64,000 nucleotides of DNA from Octopus vulgaris (GCA_951406725.2 OX597826.1:37572001-37636000); one strand, 5' to 3'; numbered from the stretch's first letter, positions 26,633 to 40,919 are shown. The notes: generated by a model from the sequence alone, not told the origin. A program made the numbers and translations.

Positions 26633-26831
26633 TGTATCTGACCAACTGACCAATCGATCTTTTGCTTAATGTGCTGATTAAAGAATCAATCGGTTGTTTG
26701 TTAATCAAAGTCCTTTTGTCGCTATTCGTGACCTTCTCAGTCACTGACGAAAGGACTGACTAACAAACAGCCGATTGATTGCTTAACCAGCCCATTAAAC
26801 GAACAATTGATTAGTTAGTTGGTTAGATATA
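26633..26831. repeat. Long imperfect inverted repeat (arms 26633-26720 and 26746-26831)
   Basis: Manual alignment gives 16 mismatches and one 2-nt gap over 88 positions; the 25-nt spacer holds an inner gtgac/gtcac stem. Confidence 0.92.
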
Positions 26832-27426
26832 TTTAACCAATGGACTAACAATAAGGAAGTGCAAAATATCGTTATACTGGAAAGTTCGTCATACCGAAAT
26901 TTCACCATTATCCGAACACATGTACACACACAAATATATTTTCTACGAATATGAATCCAGAAATTTCAGGGACGGAAACCGCCGACCATAGCTCCCCCAG
27001 TACTTCACTGGTTAGTAAAGTATCGGCCCAGCATGGTGCTGATCTTGACGGGATTCGAAATTCGTAGACCAAGGGCCATAACTGAAAGTAACATTATTCC
27101 TGATAGGCTAAAGCTTCCGCTAATCAACAATTTCCAACTTATTCCCCCTGTTATAGGGATATACATATACGCACATAGGATGAACTTCGTAGTCGTAGAC
27201 GATTGAAGAGGTGTCTGCAGCTTTTGTTCAACATGCTGCGTAGAAGATTTGTTTATAATGATCAAAAGATTGTGCTAAACATTAGCTCACTCATTCCATC
27301 AAATCGACATTGCCTGTGCAGATGCAGTGTGTCACGCAATCAAAACTGCCACAACATCTTGCGATATATATATAGTTCAATTTTATATCTTGAGATATAT
27401 ATATATATATAAATAGTTCAATCTTA

Positions 27427-27600
27427 TAGAAAAACAAAAGACGAAGACAGGTGTAAGAACAAGCAAGTGTATTAATTTGACGCTTGGGAAAAATGAAAAA
27501 GTCTTTTATGTTTCGAGCCTATGCTTCAACAAAAAGGAATAAGAGGAAATAAATACAGAGAGAATGAAGAAAAACGAGTAGAGTTCAGAGGTCCAGCATG
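27427..27600 (-). mobile_element. Short (TA)n-flanked repeat with decayed hammerhead motif (same family as 62325-62514)
   Basis: Minus strand reads cttt-ttgttga-agc(atag)gctc-GAAA-cata-aaag, then cccaagcgtcaaattaatac, which matches cctgagcgtccaataatac near 62435. Confidence 0.6.
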
Positions 27601-27654
27601 GCGAATGATTATACGATGTTTATGTGCGCATATATATATATATATATATATATA

Positions 27655-28110
27655 CAGAGTGACTAAAAAAATCTTTGAATAAAACTGTTTGAAATAAACA
27701 ACGCAGAGGAATAGATCGAGATGAATAGTGGTTCCAGCAAGATGGGGCCACCTTCCACGCACCAAATGACACCATAGCCTGGCTGAGAGAGCGATTTCAA
27801 GAAAGACTGATCAGCAGGAAGTGTGACATTGATTGGGCACCGTATTCACTGGACTTGATCGCCCCATCCCCCACCAGATTTTTGTCTGTTGTATCTCAAG
27901 GATAATGTTTACGAGAACAACCCTCAGACGATTGGTGAACTGAAGGCAATAGTAACAACAGAAATCAAGAAAACCCCCAAGCAGGAGTGTGTTCGAATAA
28001 TTGACAATTTTTTGCGGCGTATGCAAGTGTTTGCGCGACGTATGCCATTTGGAGTATATTTTGAAAAGAACATAACTTTTATGCAAAAGAAACAGACTGC
28101 AGTCTATAGG
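27655..28110 (+). mobile_element. Tc1/mariner-superfamily transposase remnant, catalytic C-terminal half (rosa/DD41D-like by inference)
   Basis: WFQQDGATFH...WLRERFQERLISR...DWAPYSLDL...PPDF, then YLKDNVYENNPQTIGELK. It begins TA|cagagtg after (TA)n. The subfamily call is tentative because extra bases precede the third Asp. Confidence 0.85.
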
Positions 28111-28641
28111 ATTTAATAAGATTTTTATGGATGGTTTTTTTTTTGGGGGGGCGGTCTACAACCTCTTTTTTTTTTTGTAAATGTGTCTACAATCATGCCT
28201 GCGGAACACTATGGAACGTAATAGCAATGTAATGAAATGCAAATTAGTGAAACGCAAACACGGCATCAACGGGATTTGAACTGTTAGGGACGTGGAATGA
28301 ATCTCTGATTCCAAATTTTTCCCCTATATCTTGTAAACTATTATGTCTGGTGCCTTATTATCGGTGTTAAATTTCTTACACCCCAACAGATGCATATCGG
28401 TAGGCAAGTTGATCGAGTGCAAAACTGCATGTTTAATGTGAGAATATTTCAGTAAACATTTGTGTATATACACACAGATTTAGACGCATTCACAAGTACA
28501 TATATATATATGCCTATGTGTGTCTGGTATATAATATATATTATATTATATGCATATATATTATATGCATGTATATAATATGCATATAAACATTTATATA
28601 TTTGTTTGCATATACCTACATATAATGTGCATACATATATG

Positions 28642-28676
<35 letters not shown>

Positions 28677-29877
28677 GCTTGTCTCCACATGCTCGGATGT
28701 GCGAGCGCTTTATTTTGTTTTGGGTTTTTTTCAGGCGGAGCAGGAAGGTTAATGTGCAAAGTTGTGTGTTTATGCGTGTTTGTAAATAATTGCACTCATA
28801 GATAAAACAACAAATATATAAATATTTGCACATGCTAGAAAAAAGTATTAACATTTACAAGCAGAAAGATCCGAGTACAAAACTATAGATATTACAGATA
28901 AGCAAACATCACGCAGATAATGGATTAATTCATTTACTTTGAATAGAAAAAAATGTTGTAGTTTGATAATAGATAGCATTTACGAAACAGTGAAGAGTAA
29001 AAGTATTTATACAGGGAGCATGTGTTTGCTTTGTTAGACTATTGGATCGTGTTGTATATCGTATGTGTAATTTGTGGATAGATTTTATATCTGCCCGAGG
29101 ATATTTAATCCATATACAAAGAGATAATGTCCAAACAGTTCTGGCGAATGGAAAAAATATCACTCTCAACTTTAATTCAATAATATATTGTATAAATATT
29201 ACTTATCGCTTAAATGGAGATGATCTAAATATGTAATTTTCTAAAGAATGTAATAGAATGAGAGCCAAACATAGTTATGAGCAAATGACGCCATTGTTTC
29301 GGTAGGTCACGTGACTAACCGTCCGGCAAGAATAATGGCGAAACAATGTTTGAAAATGTATTATTAATTAGAAGTTGAATTCTGATTATTATAAGCATAC
29401 ACTGAATTACAGTTTTAATAATAAATAAGTTTTCATCTCAGGAAATTATTCGCTTCCAATGAGTTCCTTCCTCAAATAAAAAATAATTCTACAGAATTCT
29501 ACAAGGAACTTCATAGAGACAGTTCTTTCAACCACTTCTGTTAGTAGAATTCTTCAAATCATTTTGACATAGGGTTTGGGGGTGGGCATTAAGCCAGAAA
29601 TAATTTTCCAAACAGTTGCTAAACAGACATAAATTGTCACCAAGATGTCATAATAAACGAAAATTATAGTGTGACTTACGATTTTTAAGTGTTTACTCTT
29701 TTTCTGCTTTTGTTTGGAGCAAAATGCAATGCCTACAACATTTTTTGGCCCTTTGAAACAAAATCTCGACTATTTTCTGTAGTTGAATTCATTGATAAAA
29801 CAATACCTACTTTGTTTCTCGATTCTAATACCGTTTCGTATTCGTTTTCTTTTATTTCTCTCTCTCTCTCACTCTCT

Positions 29878-29914
<37 letters not shown>

Positions 29915-31296
29915 GCTGCGATATCGCGAGTGAAGTTAGAAAGTATAAGATCCCTGGCTTCTACATCTGTAGAATGCTTTCTGCTGTGTAACAGAATTGG
30001 GTCTCAACTCACGAGTGCCGTTGATGGCGTTACTCTAAGAAAACAGGGTCGAAACAAATACTACCAGGTGTCTCAACCGACCCCCTTTCCTTCCTCCAAT
30101 CCACCGCCTTGGATTTGCCTCTGAACGGATGAAAAAGTTAACTAGACCACTACCACAATGTATCAAGTAAGGCATTCTTATAATTCTGCTAATCCTTCAG
30201 CCTTGACCAATCCATGTTTAATCTTCTCCGAAAAGACGAAAAGCAAATTTGACCTCAGTGAGATTTGAACTTAGAGCGCAGTATCTTCACAAGCAGCTTG
30301 AGGTATTTCTATTCAACACTCTAACAGTTCACCGACATTAATTTGTAGGGAGGTGCCAAGATTGTTAGAACATTTCCAAACGCAGTGAGGACTGAAGGAC
30401 ACTGAATGCGTATTATACTAGCTATGGGATATAAATAACATATCTATATAAATACTTGAATATTCTTCAGATAAAGCGTAATCTTTTTCATGCTTCAACC
30501 ATTAGACCGCGGCCATTCTGGGGCAAGTTTTCTCTGATACTCTAGCCCTACGAACATATTAGTTACTCATAAAGTTGGTAAACAAAACTTCATGTTATTT
30601 CCAGTTAATGCTAAACACAAAAAGTACCATATTTTATAGTAACCTACACCAGCAGTAGAGACGGTTTTCTATTACCCACACATCCTACAGAAATAAATCA
30701 ACATAATACAATCATATTTCGGTCTGTTGTATAAATCACCCGAACAGATATCTTTCTGATTAAGATACATGGACTTGTGCGTCCTATACAATGTCACGCT
30801 GACAGTAAACGCCAGTTTATATGCAAGAGTTACACTGAGTTGTGGTATCTGGTACAGTTTGTAAACAAACGCGTTGACAAATATTCTTTACTGCAGTAAG
30901 TTAAATCCGTTGAAATCTTTCCTCCCGAATGTTATTTTCCTATACCGGTAGAAAACCGAATGTTTTCAATTTTTGAGGCCTCAGTGTAGTCAGAATAATG
31001 TTTAGAAGGATTTAACAGCCATTATTTCCAAGAATGCAGTTTCAGCTAAATCTTGTATTAGGTATTGCAACAGAACTCATAATAAATGCTGACTGATTAT
31101 AAAGATTTGGCTTTAAATAATTTTGCAATGGGATCATCTATAATCTCTTCAAACAAATATCCTAAAATATTTTGAATTGTTATTATGAAATGTATTTGTT
31201 TTGCTTGTTTCGTTGGTTTGTATTTTTACTTTAAAATACCCATTTCCAATTGCACCGAGCAAAGCAAATTCAACTGCTTACTTAAAAGCATTATAG

Positions 31297-31378
31297 ATAT
31301 ATACAATTAAAATAAAAGATATACCATTAAAATAAGAATACACACCATTAAAATACAATATACACCATTAAAATATAA
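31297..31378 (+). repeat. ~20-bp AT-rich minisatellite, 4 copies
   Basis: Repeated (a/c)attaaaata core. Confidence 0.75.
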
Positions 31379-32812
31379 ACGATTTTACGTCATATGTAAA
31401 CAAACATCAGTTTGTTTTTGAAACGCTGAAATGTATTGTAGCACAATTAGAGAGATATACCTTTCAACGCGTAAATACATAGCTGGTTGCTGACAGATTT
31501 TTCTGCTCTATAAGGATTTTATCCTATATATGCTGCTCTATCAGTATTTACTCGTCGAAAAACACATCTTTCTGCTTGTGCTATATACGATTTGATTTAC
31601 ATAAGAGTAGAAGATAAATTAGCAGTATCAATAAGGCAAGGTTTTAAATATTTGAAGCTTTTAGTTATACTCATATGAACCATGAATTTTGTATTTCGTC
31701 GAAGAGGTCCATCAGGTAATTACCAGTCCTGTGCTTGGATATATTCCGTCGGCTGCTCCCTCTTATGTAATTTACAAAGTCTTTCATTCATGAGAAGCAT
31801 CACTATATATCTCCAATGTTTCCGTATATTTGATCCAAAGATTTTTTTATCATTAGGTCTCATAGTATTCACTTCTATCCTTCCATTCACTTCTATTCAT
31901 ATGTATTGATGCAAGAGCGATGGAATATCAATAGATAAAGCATCGAACAAAATGCATTATAGAATTCGTTTCGTCCCGTTCTTTCCCACTCTGAGTTCAA
32001 ATCCTGCGGTAACCAACCATTTTCATCCTTCTAGAGTCCATGAATCAAAATACCAGTGAAGTACAGAGGTCGATTTATTAACTAACTCTCCCTCCCCACC
32101 TCTGATTACCGGGTTCATGTCTGCCTATATTTGATATTATAGCTGCTGCAACAAAAGGTCGTGGTAGCTATGATGTTGCTTGTTACTATGATGTATGGGT
32201 GTGTGGCATTAATGGAGAGGGAACGGTCATAATTCTTTCATTGCATAATTCATTCTTGGAGTCTATAATGATTATCTTACCACTGTTGCTGACATTTTAA
32301 TATAGAAGTTTAGGTCAGCTTTAGCTGACCACATTAAGATCATGTTAGTGTAATGTTAAAGAACACTTATTGCATTGGTTAATTAATCTTGTTTAATTAA
32401 TTTCCTTGTTCTTAGATCTGTGCTAACTAGACCAATACTGGTAGTAAATTATGGCTTGGGCTACTTTCTCGTTTCCAAGATTGAAATTCAATACAGAATT
32501 TACATCAATCTTACACTGTTATATAAATGTATGATATATATACAGATATGAAATCTATACAAATAGAAAAGAATTTAATGAAATTAAAATCAATTTTTAT
32601 GTCACCAAACAGGACTTGAATTTGGAACGAAACTCGTTTATTGAGTTCGTTCGTTGATATTGTGCATAGTATACATATTATTAATTATGATAGCAGAAGG
32701 ATGTAGATTGCTGGAATCTCAGAGCAACGATTTCAATGCATTTGAGCAATTATATTCTCTTATATTGTTAGAGACTTCTTAAAACTCCTTCAGTCGAAAA
32801 TCGTCATAGTGA

Positions 32813-32943
<131 letters not shown>

Positions 32944-33417
32944 AGAGTAATCTATTTTCCATACTGGGTAACCTTTTGGTAGCATTTATTAAGTATAGTA
33001 TATAATAATAATATGCGTTTTGCATGTAAGAGTGTTCAATAGTTCCAGATGAACCTTTGAGCAAAACGAAAATGTCCAAATATTGATAGACATCTGACTC
33101 CATTGCGACCAAAATACCACCTGAAGACTATTCAGAAGTCGACAATCTATTCAAGTATTCTGAAATGCAGACAGTGAGCAAGACTGTTGGATATTAAAGT
33201 GACACCAATCCAAATGGCCAACCCTTGGGCACAAGAGTAAAATGAAACCCTACTTTGGCTTGCAAATCTGCTTTACTTTAAAAAGCCCTCATGTGTACAA
33301 TCTGCATGGAACGTAATGCACCTTCAATTCGATAGCATAATTAGTAGAGTAAATATCTACAGAAGTTATACACACATATGTTATACAATTCTCATTCAAT
33401 GAAATACTATAGTGGGT

Positions 33418-33739
33418 CTCCGTCGGTTACGACGACGAGCGTTCCAGTTGCTCCGATTGGATTTTCAGCCAGGTTAAGAAATTAACGTGCAAAAAGACTG
33501 AGCGCTCCACAGGCGACACGTACCATTAACGTAGTTCTCTGGGCACTTCAGCGTGACACAGAATGTGACAAGGCAGGCCCTTTTAAATACAGATACTGCT
33601 CACTTTTGCCAGCTGAGTGAAGGAGTAACGCGAAATAAAGTATCTTGCTCAAGAGATACAATGCACCAAGGAATATCGAACTCACGATCTTACGACTGTG
33701 AGCCGAATATCGCCTAACAATTAAGTTGCGCACCTTCAC
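33418..33739 (-). mobile_element. tRNA-derived SINE sharing its 3' half with 2033-2420
   Basis: ctccgtcggttacgacgacgag...ttaacgtagttctc...ttcagcgtgacacaga...aaatacag aligns with 2044-2217. The 5' half differs and carries a B-box-like gagttcgata. Confidence 0.85.
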
Positions 33740-35209
33740 CCCATAAAGTAACTCAATCAACATAACATGTATTCAACATAACCCTCTCCTAGAAATATAA
33801 TTTAACCAGCGCAGCACATTCAATGCGTCAACAATAGCCAATATAAAGTACAAAACCGACGCTCACCACCAGGAGACGCAACACATTCCTTACTCCACCA
33901 ACAACCACGATTTATACACAATCATATTCTACATAGATACATTCTAATAAAATATCAGAATCTGCACATTACATATATTATGAAAGATATCAAGACCACG
34001 AGGACAGATTCTACGAATGAGGCTTTCGGAAATTCGTTGTGAGATTGTATAAGAAATACAAAAATGTCCGTTTTCAAAGTAAATCCAAGCCACCACGAAA
34101 CATTGTGCACATGCATCGGTTTCTCCTGGCAAGTCATGTTTTATTTTATCTGTCAGCCTTTTGACGTGTGAATACTTCATGGGCATGAACACTAGCTGAA
34201 GTGAAACGGTTAAGTGTTCCAACCTAAGCACACCTGACACCCAAAGACAATCATTCAAATCACCTCTCTCCTTAACCAATTACTTAGCTACCTGACTCTC
34301 CATAAATTTATTTATCTATCTATACACTTATTTGTTTGTCGATCTATTTATTCATTTATCTATCTAAATACTTATCCCTCTATCTATTTTGTCAACTACT
34401 ATCTTTTCGTGTTGTTGTTTTGCTCGATGTCATCTCCAATTGAATAAAGCTATTATCAAAGATGTTCCAACCATGGTCGTCTCGTCTTTTACTCAAGCAC
34501 AGTATATCAAGATGAACATTAACCAATGCAAAACTCTTCCACTTCTTAAAACGCCAGCCTCTGATTTGAGAGGGATTTTGCTGTTACTTCTTACAAGTCG
34601 AACGACCGCACCGAGGTTTCGCCGTCGCTAAAAATAACAAAAAGAATCTCTTTATTGTCAAACAATCTCTTAAAAGATTTCATTTGTCTTTGCATTATTC
34701 AGCAAAACTTGGTGCAGTCTACCTATTTAATTTTACTTTATGCTACTTTTTATCTTCTTCCTTTCTAAAACTGCTGAAACATTTAGCTTTGCAGATAGAA
34801 AACTAGTGGAACTTTTCTCTCTTCCTCTTTTCTGTCGAATAAACACAGCTGCATTTACCAATAGCTTTAAGGTTATCTACATACTCACCTCTGCTGATTC
34901 AACTTTACCATATTTATTTGTATTACAATTCTATTTTCGCATTATCGACGCCACCTGTGCTCTACGCTGCACTTCCTGCAACGCTATTATCTCTCAAACT
35001 ATCTTGCTTTTATTAGCTGCTCTTATAGTTTGTTCTTAAAATGGAGAAATGAAAATGCTGCAGCTAATTATACTAACAGACATACCAGGGCATCGGACTT
35101 CATCTGCTTCTTATTTACTTCACTTAGTTTTCGCACTCTTTCCACCAAATACCTAATTTTTTCAATTCCTCTGACACAAGCATTTAACTGTCCATAACGT
35201 TATCTACTT

Positions 35210-35263
<54 letters not shown>

Positions 35264-35276
35264 CACTTTATCTATC

Positions 35277-35325
<49 letters not shown>

Positions 35326-35884
35326 CTCTGTTAGTCTGTCTGTCTGCCTGTCTATCTGTCTCTTTTCTGTCTGTCTGTTTGTCTATCCGTCTATCTACCT
35401 GTCTCTTAGTCTATCTGTGTATCTAGATTACTGTATATACGAGTACGGTTGTCTGTGTCGTGCCTATGTCTTTACAAATGCAGAACTACATAAACATGCA
35501 TGCAGATACACACACATACACACACATATATATTTATACATACATACATACGTACGTACGTATATATACATATGTTGTGTTCTATGCCTTAAACCGAGCA
35601 TAGGACCTGGTTCGCCCCTTTGGGCTGGGAAATGAATGGAATACCTCGTGAGTGTTTTGTTGTGCTTCCCCCTCCTAAAAAATGAGAAATAGGCGTGGGT
35701 ATATATATATGTGTGTTTGTGTGTGTATATATATGTATTTGTATATATATATATATCATTTTAACAGATTTATTTGCAAAAATTATATAAAAATATCTTG
35801 AAATACACAAGAGTAAATTTATTTAATAAAATCGCCATTAGCTTCAAGCGCGGCCTTCAGATGACTTCGGAATCCCTTGCAACT

Positions 35885-36047
35885 CTTCTTTTACTTGTTT
35901 CGGTCATTTGACTGCGACCATGCTGGAGCACCGCTTTTAGTCGAACAAATCAACCCCAGGACTTATTCTAGCGGTCCAATTTGTCGAACCTCTACGTAAA
36001 CACCAAAATCGGTGTCAAGTGATGATGAGGGATAAACACAGACACAT
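35885..36047 (-). mobile_element. SINE 3' part (family of 48287-48601)
   Basis: cttttacttgtttcggtcatttgactgcgaccatgctggagcaccgc is the reverse complement of the family tail. Confidence 0.85.
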
Positions 36048-37781
36048 AAATACATACATATATGAATGAGCGTAGTTATTAAGCTTTCACTTTTATATCA
36101 TATTATGGAAGATTTTAAGGAATATTTTTGTGTGACGTAAAGGTTTGGTCGCTGTTTAGTTACATATTTAGGAGTGGATTATAGATTTACTTAAGGAATT
36201 TATTTACCGATACTGTTGTACATGTGAATAAATGTGGTGAAAGTTGTGGTTTCTTTCGTATGTTTGTTCCCAAATAACAATTATTTTAGTGCCATTGACA
36301 CCGCCGGATAGAATGGTATTGCCTAACTGTGGAAACCATAATGATATTCGTGTGGCAGCTGATGATGGAGGTATGTTGAATTGTTGATATGGCTGTTTTT
36401 GCATAGCGTCATAACATTATAACACATCCTTTTGATGCGTCGAGAGATAGTGAGAGAGAGACAGATTGTTATTGTAATTATCATTTAAGGGAAAGTCCTT
36501 AAATCCAAGAACGTAATGAGAATCATGTTGCCTTCTAGGTATGTGGATGTGTTTGTTTGTGTATGCCTGTGTGTAGTGTGTTTGTGTAGTGTGTGTGTGC
36601 AGTGTGTCTGCAGTGTGTGCGTGCGCATAAGTGCGTATGTATCTATGCATAGATGTATGTATGCAAGCATGTATGTATGTATGTATGGATGGATGGATGG
36701 ATGGATGGATGGATGGATGGATGGACGGACGGACGGACGCAATGTGTCTACTGTATAATTCTTCAAAACCCAGCGCCAGCATTCCAGATTTTCTTTGCTA
36801 CTACTGGCGAAAATAAGGAAAGTGAGAAGTGAGTATTTTCAATAAAGAACTTGCATTATTCGTGCAGAATTTAAAAAACCCACTACTCGAAAACCCATTG
36901 GCAGTGTAGCGAATAGTGAAGCTTGGTCTGCACAATCTATAAACATGTAATGTCGATCAGACGCTGGTGTTCATTAGTCACTAGCAGAGACAGAAGTCCA
37001 ATGTATAATTTCGTTCAAGTGCACAGTGTTCTTAGAGGTCAGAGATGGTCTTCCACGGTCATGAGTGCGCAGCTATCATTATTATCTTATAATCATAGAA
37101 GACCATTTCTAACAATACCAATTTTTTTTAAACATAAGAATCAAATAACGGACGAAAGTGTTTGTATTCCTGTTGGATGTCACTCGCCCTTATCACATGC
37201 ATAAAATCACGTACGTCGCTTAATCACTTTCCCTTGTCGATAAATTCATAGCCTTATGTCATTAAGACGACATGTGATATGTACGAGCAGAGTAACTGCT
37301 GGTAAAAATTTGTACAGGTTCTACATACAAAACATGGCGCAACATCAATTTTTCAAATCGTTTTCTAACCTCAGCATAACATTATCTGATAGATACGCTG
37401 ACGTAGCCTTCTCCCATTACACTGTAAATATTGGCATATCAACTGTACGGCAACTAAGTGATTTGATGTATTTGCATGTCACGGCTGCAAAATACCAAAA
37501 AACTTGTTATTCTGTCTCCGTGAACTTCAGAATTAATCAGGTCTTGTATAATCATCAATCACCGTTCTAATGTCATTTCCTTTTTCTTCGATACACTGTT
37601 GCCCGGCTTCTAGTTCTTTATATCAACACCCACACGCACACACACACGCAACACACACACACGCGCGCGCGCACACACATGCAACTTTGTTCTGTATGCA
37701 TGTATGTATGCATTATACATGTGTGTATGTATATAATCATTTGTATGACAGAATCAGTAAAAATATCTGTGTCTGTGTATG

Positions 37782-37828
<47 letters not shown>

Positions 37829-37843
37829 GTGTATATATCTATC

Positions 37844-37874
<31 letters not shown>

Positions 37875-37883
37875 GTGTATATA

Positions 37884-37916
<33 letters not shown>

Positions 37917-39036
37917 CATGAATGTTAAATGCAGAGTGTGTATATATATATATATATATACATGCACACACACACACGCACATGCTCAAACAGGAGTGCG
38001 TGTGTGTGCGTGTGTTGGCTTCTATTCATCCACAATGCGTACGTTCACTCATCTAAACGTATCCACGTGTCTGGTTGTAGCTCTCCAAAAAATCAATAAC
38101 AACAGTTTTAAAACAGCTTACCTCTATAATTCCCTTGACATGACCTGCTTTTTTTTATCCCCCTCCCCCTCTATTTCTGTCTGTTTGTATTGAACTCTCT
38201 TTTCTCGTTCTTCATTTCTTTTCAAAGCTCTTATCTCACTTATTCTCTCTTACTCTCTCTTACTCTCTCTCTTTCTGTCTCTAAGTTTCACTTTTCTACC
38301 ACATTCCTCGCTCTCCGCCATAATCAACAACAACAACATCAACAACAACAGTAACAACAATGATATCAAATATAATGATTACCACGAGTTCAATGCTAAG
38401 ATCAAAGCGGTATCAACAGCAAATATCGCTATTTCAGATGCAGATGATTCTATACCAATAAATTCGAAATAATGTAACAATGATAACTTTGTTGTTGCTA
38501 ATATTGCACTTTTTACAGCAATAATAGTTTCTTTCTCTTTCTTTCTTTTTTTAATTGCCTTTTGCTGCTGCTGCTGCTGTTACTGCTACCACTGCTGCGG
38601 ATGCTGTTGTTCGCGGTGCCGCTCTTGTCTTCCGTGTTGCTATTATTGTAACTATAATTACAGAATAAATATTGTTGAAATATTGACTCCTTTTCCCTAG
38701 GCACAAACCACTTCTCCAGTCAGATCTAAGCAAAAAGACACATAATCAAAAACCACTCCGGCCATGACCATCACATGCAATTTTTCTTTCCAACATCATA
38801 TTTAGATCGGCTTTTTCAAATTCGTTATTTTCTTATAAAAACAGGGTGTGATTCGATGGACCTTTCACACTTCTTTGACCTATGACACTTTGACCTTTGA
38901 CACTTCTTGCTGCTGTTATTATTGTTGTCTTCGGGGTTTAGCCCTCTGTGCCTTCTGAATGTGTAGACATATGTTCTGAATCTTTCCAGCTCTGACCATC
39001 TCGTCTTTTTACGTTATCTAATATTTTCCTCGCGTT

Positions 39037-39481
39037 AGGCGGCGAGCTGGCAGAATCGTTAGCACGCTGGGCGAAATGTTCGTTTTTAGCGTCTTGTGGG
39101 TAGTAAAGAAACAGGTATTTTGTCTACCGCTACGTTTTGAGTTCAAATTCCGCCGAGGTTGACTTTGCCTTTTATCCTTTCAGGGTCGATTAAATAAGTA
39201 CCAGTTATGCACTGGGATCGAGGTAACCGACTTAATCCCTTTGTCTGTCCTTGTTTTTCCCCTCTATGTTTAGGCCCTTGTGGGCAGTAAAGAAATGCGT
39301 ATTTCGTCTGCCGCTACGTTCTGAGTTCAAATTCCGCCGAGGTTGACTTTGCCTTTTATCCTTTCAGGGTCGATTAAATAAGTACCAGTTATGCACTGGG
39401 ATCGAGGTAACCGACTTAATCCCTTTGTCTGTCCTTGTTTATCCCCTCTGTGTTTAGCCCTTTGTGAGCAATAAAGAAAAT
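39037..39481 (+). mobile_element. SINE with internally tandem-duplicated body (184-bp period) and imperfect 16-bp TSD
   Basis: A-box-like tggcagaatcg and B-box gagttcaaattcc at 39139 and 39323. Flanks are atattttcctcgcgtt (39021-39036) and atattttccacgtgtt (39482-39497). Confidence 0.9.
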
Positions 39482-39804
39482 ATATTTTCCACGTGTTTTA
39501 ATGACAGTAGCATTTGTTAAGGGGGAAATTAGTCTCCTATTTCTAGTAAGTTAACAGAATACATAGAAGCTCGTTCCCGTCTCCTTGTGTCATTCTCTTA
39601 TTGTCCTCGTTATTACTTCTCGCTGTTGTTATTTAACCTGTGGTAGCCCTGTTGGAGCAGATGTACGGTCAAAGTGGTAGAAAACCTCTCCTGCAATAGA
39701 AAGCCGAGCAAACGTTCTAAGCCATAATTTCTTCAGTCAAAAAAATGTTGGACTTTTTAAAAGAATACAAAGTGAGTGAATACTTAGGATCGGAAACGAA
39801 TAAA

Positions 39805-39925
39805 TGTATGTATGTATGTATGTATGTATGTATGTATGTATGTATGTATGTATGTATTTCTATGTAAGTATGTATGTATGTATGTATGTATGTATGTATG
39901 TATGTATGTATGTATGTATGTATGT
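39805..39925 (+). repeat. (TATG)n microsatellite
   Basis: Seen directly. Confidence 0.97.
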
Positions 39926-40560
39926 GCATGTATGTGTGGATGAGAGGATTTACTGCGGAATCTTTACAAACGATTGTATCTCTCGTTTGTATTTTTGGCC
40001 TCCTGTCTCTGACCTCTCAGATGCCAATTCAGTCCCACTGCAGATCTGCATGGTTTGAGGTATGTGTGACTGACAAACGTTGTAACTTCCACTGGATTCA
40101 TCGGATCACTTCATGAAATATGAATCTGTGACACGCTATAGTTCTTTTCAGACAAAAAAATCGATTTGAAGGCCGTTCCACACACTACACAGGTCGCATC
40201 GCCCGGAGTGTAATACGAATTACGTGATGATGCGAAGAAAATTTAAAACGCAAATCCGTAAAAGGCTTCATACGAGTGGGATGAAGATACCAAAGCGTAT
40301 CGGAGTTACAAAGCTGACAGTGCCAGGCTTTCCTGAGACCTCAAAGCGCTTAATTGTCTTGGCTTTGATGGAACTTGAGAGAACTTTAAAAATTAAGCGT
40401 GCACAATGGAATACAAAGTAGTTGATTTTAGAATGAAGAAACATGAAGATTAATTTGATGATAATTATCCTACCATCAACCACTTACTGAAAATGATCCA
40501 AACCCACACACACATAATCTCTCTCTCGCACACACACACAACACACATACACACACACAC

Positions 40561-40615
<55 letters not shown>

Positions 40616-40735
40616 AAATTTAAATAACATGACATTCACTAGTATACAGCTGTTTCTAGTGTTCGGTGCAATGTCCTCGTAGTTGAATGCTTGTTCTCAA
40701 GTTTGGGTGTATATATATATATATATATATATAGC

Positions 40736-40757
40736 ATTATTATTATTATTATTATTA

Positions 40758-40806
<49 letters not shown>

Positions 40807-40828
40807 CATTATTATTATTATTATTATT

Positions 40829-40918
<90 letters not shown>
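40736..40918. repeat. Head-to-head (ATT)n/(AAT)n microsatellite palindrome
   Basis: (ATT)n runs to 40831 and switches without a spacer to (AAT)n. Confidence 0.95.

Positions 40919-40919
<1 letters not shown>

Noticed and set aside
26710-26760. Type II hammerhead at the hairpin centre (CTGACGA at 26744)
   Set aside because: Stems flank the motif, but no GAAA...UH segment is in the required position.
39090-39481. CRISPR-like or regularly spaced repeat array (also 31297-31378 and 43503-43565)
   Set aside because: These are contiguous tandem units without unique spacers, in eukaryotic repeat DNA with no cas genes.
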